From assembly GCA_050179755.1 (NCBI GenBank), contig JBFXEV010000001.1, forward strand, positions 489,994 through 553,993: a stretch of DNA of 64,000 nt, in the 5' to 3' direction. The notes under the pieces were generated by a model, which did no database searches, was not told the origin of the DNA, and saw nothing but the letters and a program-made list of their open reading frames with translations. The stretch comes from Candidatus Babeliales bacterium (GTDB lineage: Bacteria > Babelota > Babeliae > Babelales > JBFXEV01). The translations under genes and the position numbers were made by a program. The number at the start of each line of letters is the position of its first letter. Position 1 is the first letter of the stretch. This document shows positions 39,588 to 48,912 of the stretch, piece after piece.

Positions 39588-40160
39588 TTAAAGAGTACAT
39601 CTTGTTTTGATCTCTTTTTTAATCGTATAGGGTTGCCAACTCCAATAGCCAAAATCCACAGCACAATTACCTTCGTCAAGCTTTTCTTCATTATGAATTT
39701 GTAAATCGCAGTAACCAAAATTATTTATATAGCTACTATTGTTATTAACTTGGCATAAGGTTGCTTTTTTAAAGTCTAGTGTAATTAAACCATGAGGATT
39801 AAAGCCGTAGCGACCTCCGAATCCAAAAGAAGTATAGCTATCATTTAAGTCAGTCCATAAAATAAATATATACGACGATGTTGGCTCATTATAGACACAT
39901 AAGCCAGCATCATTGTAACCCACCATCATTTTTTTTCTGTAATAAAAAAATTCATTTATTGTGGTGTAACTTAAATATCCAAAAATAAAAGCGTCCCATG
40001 CCAAAGGGAAATCTTTACCATTACTATTTAAGATCATTTGAGTAAATTTGGCACCAAATATCCAAGAATAAACAACAATGAGATTCAGAAATAGGCACAT
40101 TGAACCAAAAAAAAGACTGAGGACTTTAGGTGAGCAAGTATATATTTTTTGAAAGTTCAT
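39588..40160 (-). CDS. Hypothetical membrane protein
   Basis: Two N-terminal TM segments; low-GC island. Confidence 0.6.
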   Translation of the reverse strand: MNFQKIYTCSPKVLSLFFGSMCLFLNLIVVYSWIFGAKFTQMILNSNGKDFPLAWDAFIFGYLSYTTINEFFYYRKKMMVGYNDAGLCVYNEPTSSYIFILWTDLNDSYTSFGFGGRYGFNPHGLITLDFKKATLCQVNNNSSYINNFGYCDLQIHNEEKLDEGNCAVDFGYWSWQPYTIKKEIKTRCTL

Positions 40161-40171
40161 TGTAATTACAT

Positions 40172-40699
40172 CTAGTGAAAAATTAAAGTCGGTAAAATTA
40201 AACTAATTAATATGGCATAGAGAAAAGATAGCCAAAGCGCGCTTAAAAAATTTAGAATTCTTATTACATAACTTAAAAATTTAAGGCCAAAATGTGAGTT
40301 GTCTTCCGCTGCAGTTATTACATTATTAACATCTTGATTGCTCGGAAATGCTTGAGCGCCTGCTGATATTCCTATCCACCAAAGAAAAATGTATAAAGGG
40401 GTAAGTGCAGAGTAAGGGTGTAATCGACACCAGAAAACTGAAGTTAAAGGAAATGTAAATAATATGCAAATTATGCTATTGAAAAATAATGGCGCAAGAG
40501 CCACAAGCACATTATGTTTCACATTTACTATTCGGCCATGCAATACATGCCCAGCAGTTTTTGAAAATATTTTAAAATAATTCACTTCATAAACGGGTAT
40601 GTTAAAAACATCACACATAAAGCGATGAGATATTTCATGCATAATAATTCCAGGAAATGTTAATAATGCTATAAATTCTCCAGGAATAAAGAATATCAT
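40172..40699 (-). CDS. Membrane zinc metalloprotease-like protein (HExxH)
   Basis: FPGIIMHEISH, ALAP, AFPS..D; multi-TM. Confidence 0.7.
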   Translation of the reverse strand: MIFFIPGEFIALLTFPGIIMHEISHRFMCDVFNIPVYEVNYFKIFSKTAGHVLHGRIVNVKHNVLVALAPLFFNSIICILFTFPLTSVFWCRLHPYSALTPLYIFLWWIGISAGAQAFPSNQDVNNVITAAEDNSHFGLKFLSYVIRILNFLSALWLSFLYAILISLILPTLIFH

Positions 40700-40896
40700 G
40701 ATCTTACCGCATGAGTTTCAAATAATTCCATGTATTCTGAAGGCATGTAGCTTAGCAATTCTTTCCAATCATATTTATCCAATGACATACCTTGTAAATA
40801 ATTCATAGCTTGTTGATGCGCATCGGCATGGTCTTGCAAAAAGAGCATTTGAGCTAAACGTAATTTGATGATATTGCGATCTGGTAAAAGTGGTTC
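40696..40896 (-). pseudogene. Gene remnant or 50-aa small ORF
   Basis: 66 sense codons (EPLLPDRNIIKLRLAQMLFLQDH...THAVRS) ending in TGA overlapping the next ATG. Confidence 0.4.
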
Positions 40897-41928
40897 TTAT
40901 AAAACCTCTGTATTCCCTGCCACCCGCAATTGCTGCACAATCGCCTTAACCTCTTCCACATCACTGCGCTTTGCAATAAGCAACGCGTCTTTGGTATTAA
41001 CAATGCACAGATCATCAACGCCAATAAGTGCAATGATTTTTTTAGGATCAGTTGCATTAACTAGATTATTATGTGCATTGAGCGCATAAACATTCTTATT
41101 TTGTTCTTGTGTTTTATTTTGCAGGGATAAAAATATATCTAAGTTGCCTACGTCTTTCCATTCAAAACTTGCGGGCAGCACCACTGTTGCATTACTTTTT
41201 TCCATGACTGCATGATCAAAAGATATTTTTGGTGTTGCTTCATAGGGCGCAGTGCCTTGCATGAACGCTTGCACGTGATCAAGTACGCCAGGCGCATGTT
41301 TTTTGAATTCATCTAAAAAGGTGCTCACTTTGCCGCAAAACATGCCGGTATTCCATAAAAAATTGCCAGCATTAAGATATGTTTGCGCAACAGTAAGTGA
41401 AGGTTTTTCATGAAATTGAGTAACTTTTTTTAATGCATGTGCATCGTTTTTTGCATATTCAATATAACCATAGCCCGTTGCCGGGTGAGTTGGCTGTATG
41501 CCTAGCAATGCTATTACGTTATGTTCTTGAGCGTATGCTACTGCTTTTTTTATGTCCTGCAAAAATAATGTTTGGTCAGGAATATAATGATCTGCAGAAA
41601 GAATAATTGCTATCGCATTGGGGTTTTTTTGGGAAAGCGTTAAACATGCCCAGGCTACTGCTGCTGCAGTATTGCGTGCCGCAGGTTCGCCAAGCACAGT
41701 TTGCACATGAGTGCCAACTGCTTGCTCTATTGCATGTTGCTGTGCACTTGTTGTCACAATCATGCGCTGCTCTTTTGGAATGAGCGGGGCAATACGATCA
41801 AGCGTTAATGCAAGTAACGAGCTATCTGTCCAGGGCAATAATTGCTTGGGGAATAGCCCTCTGCTTAAAGGCCACAAGCGTTCACCGCTACCGCCGGCCA
41901 GTATTATTGCATAAAAATTACTTGTCAT
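40897..41928 (-). CDS. manC: Mannose-1-phosphate guanylyltransferase
   Basis: ILAGGSGERLWPLSR..PKQ, EP.ARNTA, GYGYI, FHEKP, WNTGMF, ISFDHAVMEK, WKDVG. Confidence 0.93.
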   Translation of the reverse strand: MTSNFYAIILAGGSGERLWPLSRGLFPKQLLPWTDSSLLALTLDRIAPLIPKEQRMIVTTSAQQHAIEQAVGTHVQTVLGEPAARNTAAAVAWACLTLSQKNPNAIAIILSADHYIPDQTLFLQDIKKAVAYAQEHNVIALLGIQPTHPATGYGYIEYAKNDAHALKKVTQFHEKPSLTVAQTYLNAGNFLWNTGMFCGKVSTFLDEFKKHAPGVLDHVQAFMQGTAPYEATPKISFDHAVMEKSNATVVLPASFEWKDVGNLDIFLSLQNKTQEQNKNVYALNAHNNLVNATDPKKIIALIGVDDLCIVNTKDALLIAKRSDVEEVKAIVQQLRVAGNTEVL

Positions 41929-41929
41929 T

Positions 41930-42679
41930 TTAATTATAATTTTTTTTCTTTGAGCGTATATGTAATACGCATAATATTCTATCAAACAGTAACACAAAAT
42001 ATGTTATTGCAACTTCGCGCATTACTTTGCCCGATAATTTAGAAACTCCGTGTATGCGTTGATGCGCTTCTATTGGCACTTGTGCAATGGTAGCACCACA
42101 TTGCTTAAAGCGATAGAGCGATTCCATTTGGAAGGCAAAACCTTTTGCGTGGATATTGTTATAAATGTGGGGCTTTAAAATGGCGGTATTATAGACACGA
42201 AATGCACCAGTGGCATCGCAATTTAATCCAAGACCATATTTTATCATGCCGCGCCAAAAATGAGTAAAAAATAGACGTATTGATCCCCAACCATGCATAG
42301 ACGCGCCTTGTGCATAGCGCGAACCAATTACAATATCGGCAGAATCTTTTTTGGCAATCATTGCAGGAATATATTTTGGATCGTGCGTTAGATCAGCATC
42401 CATAATAATAATAGAATCATAGTGATGCGTTTTAAGATAATCAAATGCTGCAAAATAAGCAGTCCCCAATCCTAATTTGCCAGCGCGATGTATGGCATGG
42501 ACCGTTGGATCTTGTATGGTAAGCGTGTCTATTACGTTGCCAGTGCCATCGGGAGAATTATCATCAATAAAAAGAATATCCACCGCACTATATGCTTTTT
42601 TAATACGATCGTATAAGAGCGGTACATTTTCACGCTCATTATACGTAGGTATTACCACTAAAATATTGTTTTGCATCAC
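41930..42679 (-). CDS. Polyprenol monophosphomannose synthase (GT2, DPM1-like)
   Basis: VIPTYNEREN, DDNSPDGT, KLGLGTAY, MDADLTHDP, IGSRY, DATGAFR. Confidence 0.9.
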   Translation of the reverse strand: MMQNNILVVIPTYNERENVPLLYDRIKKAYSAVDILFIDDNSPDGTGNVIDTLTIQDPTVHAIHRAGKLGLGTAYFAAFDYLKTHHYDSIIIMDADLTHDPKYIPAMIAKKDSADIVIGSRYAQGASMHGWGSIRLFFTHFWRGMIKYGLGLNCDATGAFRVYNTAILKPHIYNNIHAKGFAFQMESLYRFKQCGATIAQVPIEAHQRIHGVSKLSGKVMREVAITYFVLLFDRILCVLHIRSKKKNYN

Positions 42680-44853
42680 GCATTCTCCTTTAATTGCTGA
42701 AAGCCTCCGCCTTGGATAGCAAGTTGATCAATAATTAAGGTAAGTTTTGCAACACTATAGAGCCGTTCGTGGCTTATTGGGGCTTCAAATTCACCTTTTT
42801 GTACAGTTGAAAAGAAACGCTTGATCAATGCCTCATGCCCTTTATCTGGCTTAGTCGTTTTTTGATTAAACGATGGTGAAAGGCCAAATCCAGTGAGTGT
42901 TTTATAATTATCCATAACAATGGATTTGCCATCAAAGTAAAGTTCCATACGCTCTTGATCATCAGTTTTATGCCCTACTGACGTATATAATAAGGTGCAA
43001 ATTGAACTATCTGCAAAACTAATTTGTGCGCTAAAGTTGTCGGTTGGGAATATTTGTTCTCCCATATGGCGCAATGACTCTACCGATACTGCCACCGGTT
43101 CTGAATCGGCTAAATAATAAAAAAGATCGAGTATGTGGCATGCATCACCAATAATGTTACCTGCCCCCTTGCCACTTTGTTGCCAGTGATCTTTAAGCCG
43201 CGTACGCGCATTAATGCGGTATTGCACCATAATAGGTGTTGCACGCCCTTCAAGACGGGATTTGATTTGTTGCATGAACGGTGCAAACGATCTGTTGTAG
43301 CCAACGCAGAGCGGCGCTTGGGGATGTTCGGTTAAGAACGCTTTCATGCGCGCAAGTTGTTCAAAGTCGGTTACCATTGGCTTTGCAACAAAAGCAGCTT
43401 TGCCATGACTCAACGCATTGAGGGCTTGATCACAATGTTCATTATGAGGTGAAGCAATGACTACCGCATCAACTATGTCTTGCGTAAATAGTTCATGATC
43501 TGAGCTTAAAGCTCGTGCGGCACCATATTTTTTGGAAACATTAAGAGATGTTGCAATGTTGGCATCTACAACTGCATTAAGCTGTGCGTTTTTGATTGAA
43601 GAAACAATAGGAAGCAACGTTTCTTTTGCAAATGCGCCCGCACCAATCATTCCAATACGTAATTCATTCTTTACGGCAGGGATAAACGTAAGCTCTCCGC
43701 TTGCATCTTTGCTATTTGTTGAGAGTTTAGGTTTTTCCCCTGCAGGTTTTGCTTTAGGCGTATATGCAAGAAAAGCACCTAATTTTTTTTGTTTATTAAT
43801 TTGCGTATAAATAGTTTCTACATCTTTCATGTTTGCTTTATCAAGCAAAAAAGGATCAATGTCTATTGCGCCTTGTTCAAGTAAGGTAGTAAAAGCTTGC
43901 AAATTGCGCTGTTGAGTCCAATGATTACAGGCAACACGGCCTGGCTGATCAGCTTGTTCGTTATGCATGGCATCAGGATAATACGTATGTGCAATGATGA
44001 CATCAATCTCCTTGTGATACAATTTGTTTGCAGAGCAATCGGTGTTAATATCACCGATCACTACCATGCGACCGCGTTGACGCGTAAGGTCCATTGCTTG
44101 ATTTAAGAAGAAATGCTGATCAGTTGCAACAGTTATTATGGTTGCATCAACGCCGGCTGAATGTGTAATCATTTCAATGGCATCCATCAGCACTGTATCA
44201 TGAGGGTCGAAAACGTAATTAGCACCCGATGTTATGGCTATTTTACGGTTATTTTCATTGCTATCAATGCCGATAACCATAGATCCTGAGAGTTTTGCCA
44301 ATTGCACGGTAATTTGCCCTAATAGATCTAAACCAAATACGCATACAATTTCACCGATTTTAGCATGTGATCTGCGAACGGCATGGAGTGCAATGGCGCC
44401 AATAGCGCTTGAACTTGCAACTTTTAGAAATTTTTTATCGGAGACAAAAGCAGCTTGATGCTCTGGTACACAGATAATATCTGCATGGTTTGCTTTGCCT
44501 GCGCCGGCACATGCCACCAAATCTCCAGTGCGGAATTTAGTTACATTTTTTCCAATGGCAATTACTTGCCCCGCGCATGCATAGCCTAATGGCAAAATAG
44601 TATCTTGTGCATGTTTATCGTATGTTATATTTTCTTCTATAGAAGATGCTACAAATGCTGCGAGAATGCGATTTACTTTTTCGGGTAGTGAGCTTAGCGA
44701 GAAACCGCGCTCAGTGAGCGCTAAAATAGCTGATTCTATTGCGGGGCTTAAGCATGAATAGTGTACTGAAACTAAGACAGAGTTATCATCAAGTGCTGGC
44801 TGACAGACCTCTTTGAGTGCTATCATACTATCTTCTAAAAATAACTGCCTCAT
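42676..44853 (-). CDS. Bi-domain oxidoreductase (MDR/ADH-like plus Gfo/Idh/MocA)
   Basis: PLGYACAG, GDLVACAG..ANHA; GMIGAGAFA, VGYNRSFAP, DKGH. Confidence 0.85.
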   Translation of the reverse strand: MRQLFLEDSMIALKEVCQPALDDNSVLVSVHYSCLSPAIESAILALTERGFSLSSLPEKVNRILAAFVASSIEENITYDKHAQDTILPLGYACAGQVIAIGKNVTKFRTGDLVACAGAGKANHADIICVPEHQAAFVSDKKFLKVASSSAIGAIALHAVRRSHAKIGEIVCVFGLDLLGQITVQLAKLSGSMVIGIDSNENNRKIAITSGANYVFDPHDTVLMDAIEMITHSAGVDATIITVATDQHFFLNQAMDLTRQRGRMVVIGDINTDCSANKLYHKEIDVIIAHTYYPDAMHNEQADQPGRVACNHWTQQRNLQAFTTLLEQGAIDIDPFLLDKANMKDVETIYTQINKQKKLGAFLAYTPKAKPAGEKPKLSTNSKDASGELTFIPAVKNELRIGMIGAGAFAKETLLPIVSSIKNAQLNAVVDANIATSLNVSKKYGAARALSSDHELFTQDIVDAVVIASPHNEHCDQALNALSHGKAAFVAKPMVTDFEQLARMKAFLTEHPQAPLCVGYNRSFAPFMQQIKSRLEGRATPIMVQYRINARTRLKDHWQQSGKGAGNIIGDACHILDLFYYLADSEPVAVSVESLRHMGEQIFPTDNFSAQISFADSSICTLLYTSVGHKTDDQERMELYFDGKSIVMDNYKTLTGFGLSPSFNQKTTKPDKGHEALIKRFFSTVQKGEFEAPISHERLYSVAKLTLIIDQLAIQGGGFQQLKENA

Positions 44854-44990
44854 AAAAGAATTCCTAAATTAGTTATACGTTGCTTTATATTAAATATGAC
44901 GTTTTAGGTCATTAAAGTATATCATTTTTTTTGAATTGCGTCCTGATTTTGTTGAGTAAATGAGTTTGTAAAAGATACATTTAAAGACTT

Positions 44991-45458
44991 TTAAAAAGGT
45001 GAATAACCTTGTGTTTTAAGATTTTGCATGGTCAAAAAAAGCGGTTCTGGCAAATTGTGCCACGTAGCCCATACCCACTCGGCGCATTTATGTGGTTCAA
45101 GCAACTGAGGCTCGCCGCTGATATATTCTGAACGCATAAAAATGGTTATATAGTGTTTTTGTTCTGAAATAAAGAGATCGTTAGTGATTGTTGCAAATGT
45201 AACATTCTTAAGTTCAAGGCCTGTTTCTTCCAGCACTTCGCGCCGCGCGCATTGTTCAATATCTTCATAGAATTCAAGATGACCGCCAGGAAACGCCCAC
45301 GTACCCTCTCCGTGTGCATTAATGCGCTTGCCAATTAATACGGTATTATTTTTGATAACAATCACGCCCACGCCAATACGTGGCACCATTGGGTTGCCCT
45401 TGGCATCAAAGTTAATTTTATTATTGATGTTGATTGTTTCTTTTCGTGTTATTTCCAT
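44991..45458 (-). CDS. Nudix hydrolase, NUDT15-like
   Basis: PRIGVGV, GGHLEFYEDIEQCARREVLEETGL, EPHKC..W; true start may be MVPRIG. Confidence 0.9.
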   Translation of the reverse strand: MEITRKETININNKINFDAKGNPMVPRIGVGVIVIKNNTVLIGKRINAHGEGTWAFPGGHLEFYEDIEQCARREVLEETGLELKNVTFATITNDLFISEQKHYITIFMRSEYISGEPQLLEPHKCAEWVWATWHNLPEPLFLTMQNLKTQGYSPF

Positions 45459-45540
45459 CTTGTTTTTCTCAAGTTATTCAGTTTAATTGTTATTCTAGTG
45501 TACATTAAAATCACTTGGGTTCATAAAAAATAGGATAAAA

Positions 45541-45969
45541 ATGGCAGATGATATAGCAATTAAAAACGGTATAGTAATTCCTGCTCATGAGCTAGAAATT
45601 ACAGCAAGTAGATCGGGCGGTCCGGGTGGCCAGCATGTGAATAAAACAAGCTCACGCATTACCGTGCGCTGGAATGTAAAAAATAGTCAGGCGCTTACTG
45701 ATGAGCAAAAGGCTCGTTTATTTGAAAAGCTTGCTTCAGAGATAACCGAAGACGGCGATATTTTGGTGCACAGTAGCGAGTCTCGGAGCCAAGGTGCCAA
45801 TAAAAAAAATGCGTTTGATCGCCTTTCGCATAAAATTCATAAGGCACTTTTGGTGCCCAAAAAGCGCATGAAAACCAAAATATCAAAAACTGCAAAAGAT
45901 AAAGCTTTACAAGCCAAAAAAAGGCATAGTGAAATCAAGAAGTTGCGCAGCAAAGATTGGAAGGCTTAA
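45541..45969 (+). CDS. arfB: Alternative ribosome rescue factor B
   Basis: RSGGPGGQHVNKT GGQ motif; basic C-tail. Confidence 0.93.
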   Translation: MADDIAIKNGIVIPAHELEITASRSGGPGGQHVNKTSSRITVRWNVKNSQALTDEQKARLFEKLASEITEDGDILVHSSESRSQGANKKNAFDRLSHKIHKALLVPKKRMKTKISKTAKDKALQAKKRHSEIKKLRSKDWKA

Positions 45970-45972
45970 TTT

Positions 45973-46560
45973 ATGAAAATATATTTACTTATTATTGCTT
46001 TGCTTAGCGCAAGCGCTGGTTATTTTTTTTTAATTAAACCACAGGGAGGGCAAAGCATGCTAAAACTTGCAAGTAATTCCTTTGTTGATAAAGGTGAAAT
46101 TCCTCAACAGTATACGTGCCAAGGTGAGAATATTAGCCCGGAGCTTCATTGGGATTCTGATATTGAGCATGTTGGCAGTTATGTGCTTATTGTAGATGAC
46201 CCTGATGCGCAAAAAGTGGTGGGTAAAACCTTTGTGCATTGGATTGCATATGTGCCTGAACGCGTGAATGAACTTCCCGAAGGTGCTTCTGGCAAAGGGA
46301 TAGCTTTTACGGGATTTAATGTTGAATTGCATGAAGAACCAAATGATTCAGGAAAAACAGTGTATTATGGGCCATGCCCACCAGCAGGCAGTGGTGTGCA
46401 TACCTATAGATTTACTTTGTATGCAGTAAAAGAAACTGTTGATCAGTTAATTGAACAAAGTAAGTTCGAAGCACCGTTTACCGCTGAAGTCTTTGCAAAA
46501 AATATGGTAGGATCACTACTTGGTCAAGCGCGCATTACGGGCAGCTATGAAAGCAAATAA
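45973..46560 (+). CDS. YbhB/YbcL family (PEBP) protein
   Basis: YTC.G.NISP.L.W, DDPDA, HW, YYGPCPP..G.HTYRF; N-terminal hydrophobic segment. Confidence 0.9.
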   Translation: MKIYLLIIALLSASAGYFFLIKPQGGQSMLKLASNSFVDKGEIPQQYTCQGENISPELHWDSDIEHVGSYVLIVDDPDAQKVVGKTFVHWIAYVPERVNELPEGASGKGIAFTGFNVELHEEPNDSGKTVYYGPCPPAGSGVHTYRFTLYAVKETVDQLIEQSKFEAPFTAEVFAKNMVGSLLGQARITGSYESK

Positions 46561-46565
46561 CTATT

Positions 46566-47066
46566 TTATAAATTGAGTTCCATGATAACCACTTTGCCAT
46601 AATTGGGTTGATCTTCTTCGTGTATTTTGTTAAAACCAACTTTTTCATAAGCTTTTATTGCAGCGATATTATCTGGATGTGGATCAATTATAAATTTCTT
46701 AACTGTATGGCGTTGCTTGATCAATGTTAAAAAGGCTTGCAACGTTTTGGTGCCATATCCTTTGCCAAGATATTCAGGATTTGCAATATAGAGATCCATG
46801 CCGTAGGTGCCCTCAGGATCTTTATTGCCAAAGGCATCTGGAATTTTATGCGCATCATAGTATTGAATAAAGCCGAGTGGTTCTTCATCAACAGAAAAGA
46901 TATATCCATGGACGTTGGAGTTATGCAGATTTTTTGTATATTTTTCTTGAAATTGTTCCCATGGTAACGCATCAAGATGCCACCATTTTTTTACATGTGG
47001 TGTGTGTACCCATCTAAAGAGCTGTGGAAAGTCAAATTCAGTAATGGGTTTAAAAGTAATATTCAT
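46566..47066 (-). CDS. GNAT acetyltransferase, AAC(6')-like
   Basis: W.H.PHV..WW, GMDLYI...YLGKGYG, IDP.PDN.AAIKAYEKVGF; ATG 47066 has GGAG RBS; possible longer form from GTG 47177. Confidence 0.85.
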   Translation of the reverse strand: MNITFKPITEFDFPQLFRWVHTPHVKKWWHLDALPWEQFQEKYTKNLHNSNVHGYIFSVDEEPLGFIQYYDAHKIPDAFGNKDPEGTYGMDLYIANPEYLGKGYGTKTLQAFLTLIKQRHTVKKFIIDPHPDNIAAIKAYEKVGFNKIHEEDQPNYGKVVIMELNL

Positions 47067-47181
47067 TGTGCTCCGTTTTGATTCATAACTTTGTGCAGTA
47101 AGTATTATTTGTAGGTGCAATGCCACTAAAAAAATTACTATAGCGAGAGAATTAAAAGATAGAGTTAATCTTTTCACGTAC

Positions 47182-48111
47182 TTAATCAAGTAGCTTATCA
47201 AAGAATAAGCTTATTTTTGTGCCATAGGCAAGTTCTTGATAATAATATTTCACCGCTTTTTTGGTTAGTGATTTGAGTTGTTGCCATTCTTTATGCGTAT
47301 CAACACTTTGTGCGGTATATGCATGCTTTATTTCAAACATGCTTATTAATACATCTTCTTGTGCACTTTCTAAGCGTCTTAGGGAGCGTTTAGTAGATTT
47401 TGCGTAAGCATCAAAAGAAGTCAAGATATATTTTTTGAAGTTGCTTAAGTAGTTTTTGCATAGCGCAGAACGAGGTTGTTGTTTGCAATAAGCCATGCAC
47501 AGAGAGTGTGATTCTATTGCATCAAGATAGCGTGCAAGAAGTTCCATGTGCTGATTAAAATCTAATCGCGTAGAGAGTTCTTGGTACAATTGCTTTTTAA
47601 ATTCAGAAAGCATCATTTGGAATAGTATTTGATTTTGTACAAGGCTGAGGTCAAGCTCATCAAGAGTATTTAGTTTTTGCCTATTATACGCTCTGCCGGT
47701 TTTAGCATTAAGATCTAAAATATCTCCATTTGCATAATCATATTCTTTAATACAATTGCCTTGTGTATCATAAAAAGCAATTGTTTCTTGATAGCGAGGT
47801 GCGTGTTTACAATAAGGCATGCGATACAAACGTGCTTTGTGTGTTATTTTACACGAGACAGGCCGCGGCTTTGCAGCATAAGGGTCTAGCCGTTCGTCAA
47901 ATGCATAATGTGGGGAAATAGTTTTTAAAGGAACACCATCAGCTGAGTAGTAAGTAACGTGATTTTCGTGCGGCGTGTTATGTATAAAATATGAGGCGCC
48001 AGGTATAATGTTGGGCGATGGATAAAAATAGTTAGCTTGAGTAGTAGATGTATAGTTGAGGTGAAAAAAAAGAGAAATAAATAATAAGGAATTAATAGTA
48101 GGTTTGAACAT
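47182..48111 (-). CDS. Secreted hypothetical protein
   Basis: Signal peptide; 309-aa ORF; TGCTACACT element upstream. Confidence 0.6.
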   Translation of the reverse strand: MFKPTINSLLFISLFFHLNYTSTTQANYFYPSPNIIPGASYFIHNTPHENHVTYYSADGVPLKTISPHYAFDERLDPYAAKPRPVSCKITHKARLYRMPYCKHAPRYQETIAFYDTQGNCIKEYDYANGDILDLNAKTGRAYNRQKLNTLDELDLSLVQNQILFQMMLSEFKKQLYQELSTRLDFNQHMELLARYLDAIESHSLCMAYCKQQPRSALCKNYLSNFKKYILTSFDAYAKSTKRSLRRLESAQEDVLISMFEIKHAYTAQSVDTHKEWQQLKSLTKKAVKYYYQELAYGTKISLFFDKLLD

Positions 48112-48267
48112 GTTGATATCCTTGTAAAAAAAAGCCTATTGCGGTATAGTGTAGCATAAAAATGGCAGCGTGAAAACTTTTTAAATTTTTCATTGGCTTG
48201 ATTTGGCAAGGATAGCCTTTTGATTGCTCCATGGTCAAACAATTAAAACTCTCACTAAAGGAATATC

Positions 48268-48912
48268 GTGCTATTAATATATGCAAGTCGATTTATAAAG
48301 TGTTGTGTTAGGACTATTGATGCTTTAATTGTTGGCGTTGTGGGTAAGAATAAGGCTTCTGAACCAGAATATGTTAAAAAGGATTATCCGGTTAAAAAGG
48401 TTGTGCATCAGAATCTCATTCAGTTGCTGGTGATCAATGCAAAAAAAGAATTATGGCTTATTGGCGCACAGGACCCTTTTTCAACTTCGGCTGAAGATTT
48501 ATTTTGGTTTACACCGGGGGGCAGTATTGAGGGGGAAGAAACAGTTTTGCAAGCTGCACAGAGAGTTATAGATCGTGAAATTGGATTGTCACACAATGAA
48601 GTGCGTTTTGGCCCTATTGTGTGGTTTGGAGAATTTGAGTATCAATTAATGAATACGGTAACAAAATGTTCTCAACAGTTTATAGTGATTTATACAGAAC
48701 AAAGTTGTATTACCTTGCAGCAGGCCCAAATAGCTAAAAAACTTCCTGTAGTGAAAACAAAATGGTTCACTTATGATGAAATTGTTGCAAGTGAGAGCAT
48801 AGCTCCTATAGGATTGAAAAGAAACATCAAAGATGTCTTGGAACAAAAACATCCAAGTTCTCCCATTAAAATTCCTTTAAGAACCAACGCTAAACAATAC
48901 TATTTTTTATGA
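48268..48912 (+). CDS. Nudix-fold protein with degenerate Nudix box
   Basis: FWFTPGGSIEGEETVLQAAQRVIDREIG; start uncertain. Confidence 0.7.
   Translation: MLLIYASRFIKCCVRTIDALIVGVVGKNKASEPEYVKKDYPVKKVVHQNLIQLLVINAKKELWLIGAQDPFSTSAEDLFWFTPGGSIEGEETVLQAAQRVIDREIGLSHNEVRFGPIVWFGEFEYQLMNTVTKCSQQFIVIYTEQSCITLQQAQIAKKLPVVKTKWFTYDEIVASESIAPIGLKRNIKDVLEQKHPSSPIKIPLRTNAKQYYFL

Noticed and set aside
40696..41928. Stop-codon readthrough or recoding extending manC
   Set aside because: Stop is TAA at a normal ManC C-terminus and other genes use the standard code; a remnant is simpler.
46566..47066. Bona fide aminoglycoside resistance gene
   Set aside because: Only family-level GNAT similarity; no integron or mobile context; substrate unknown.
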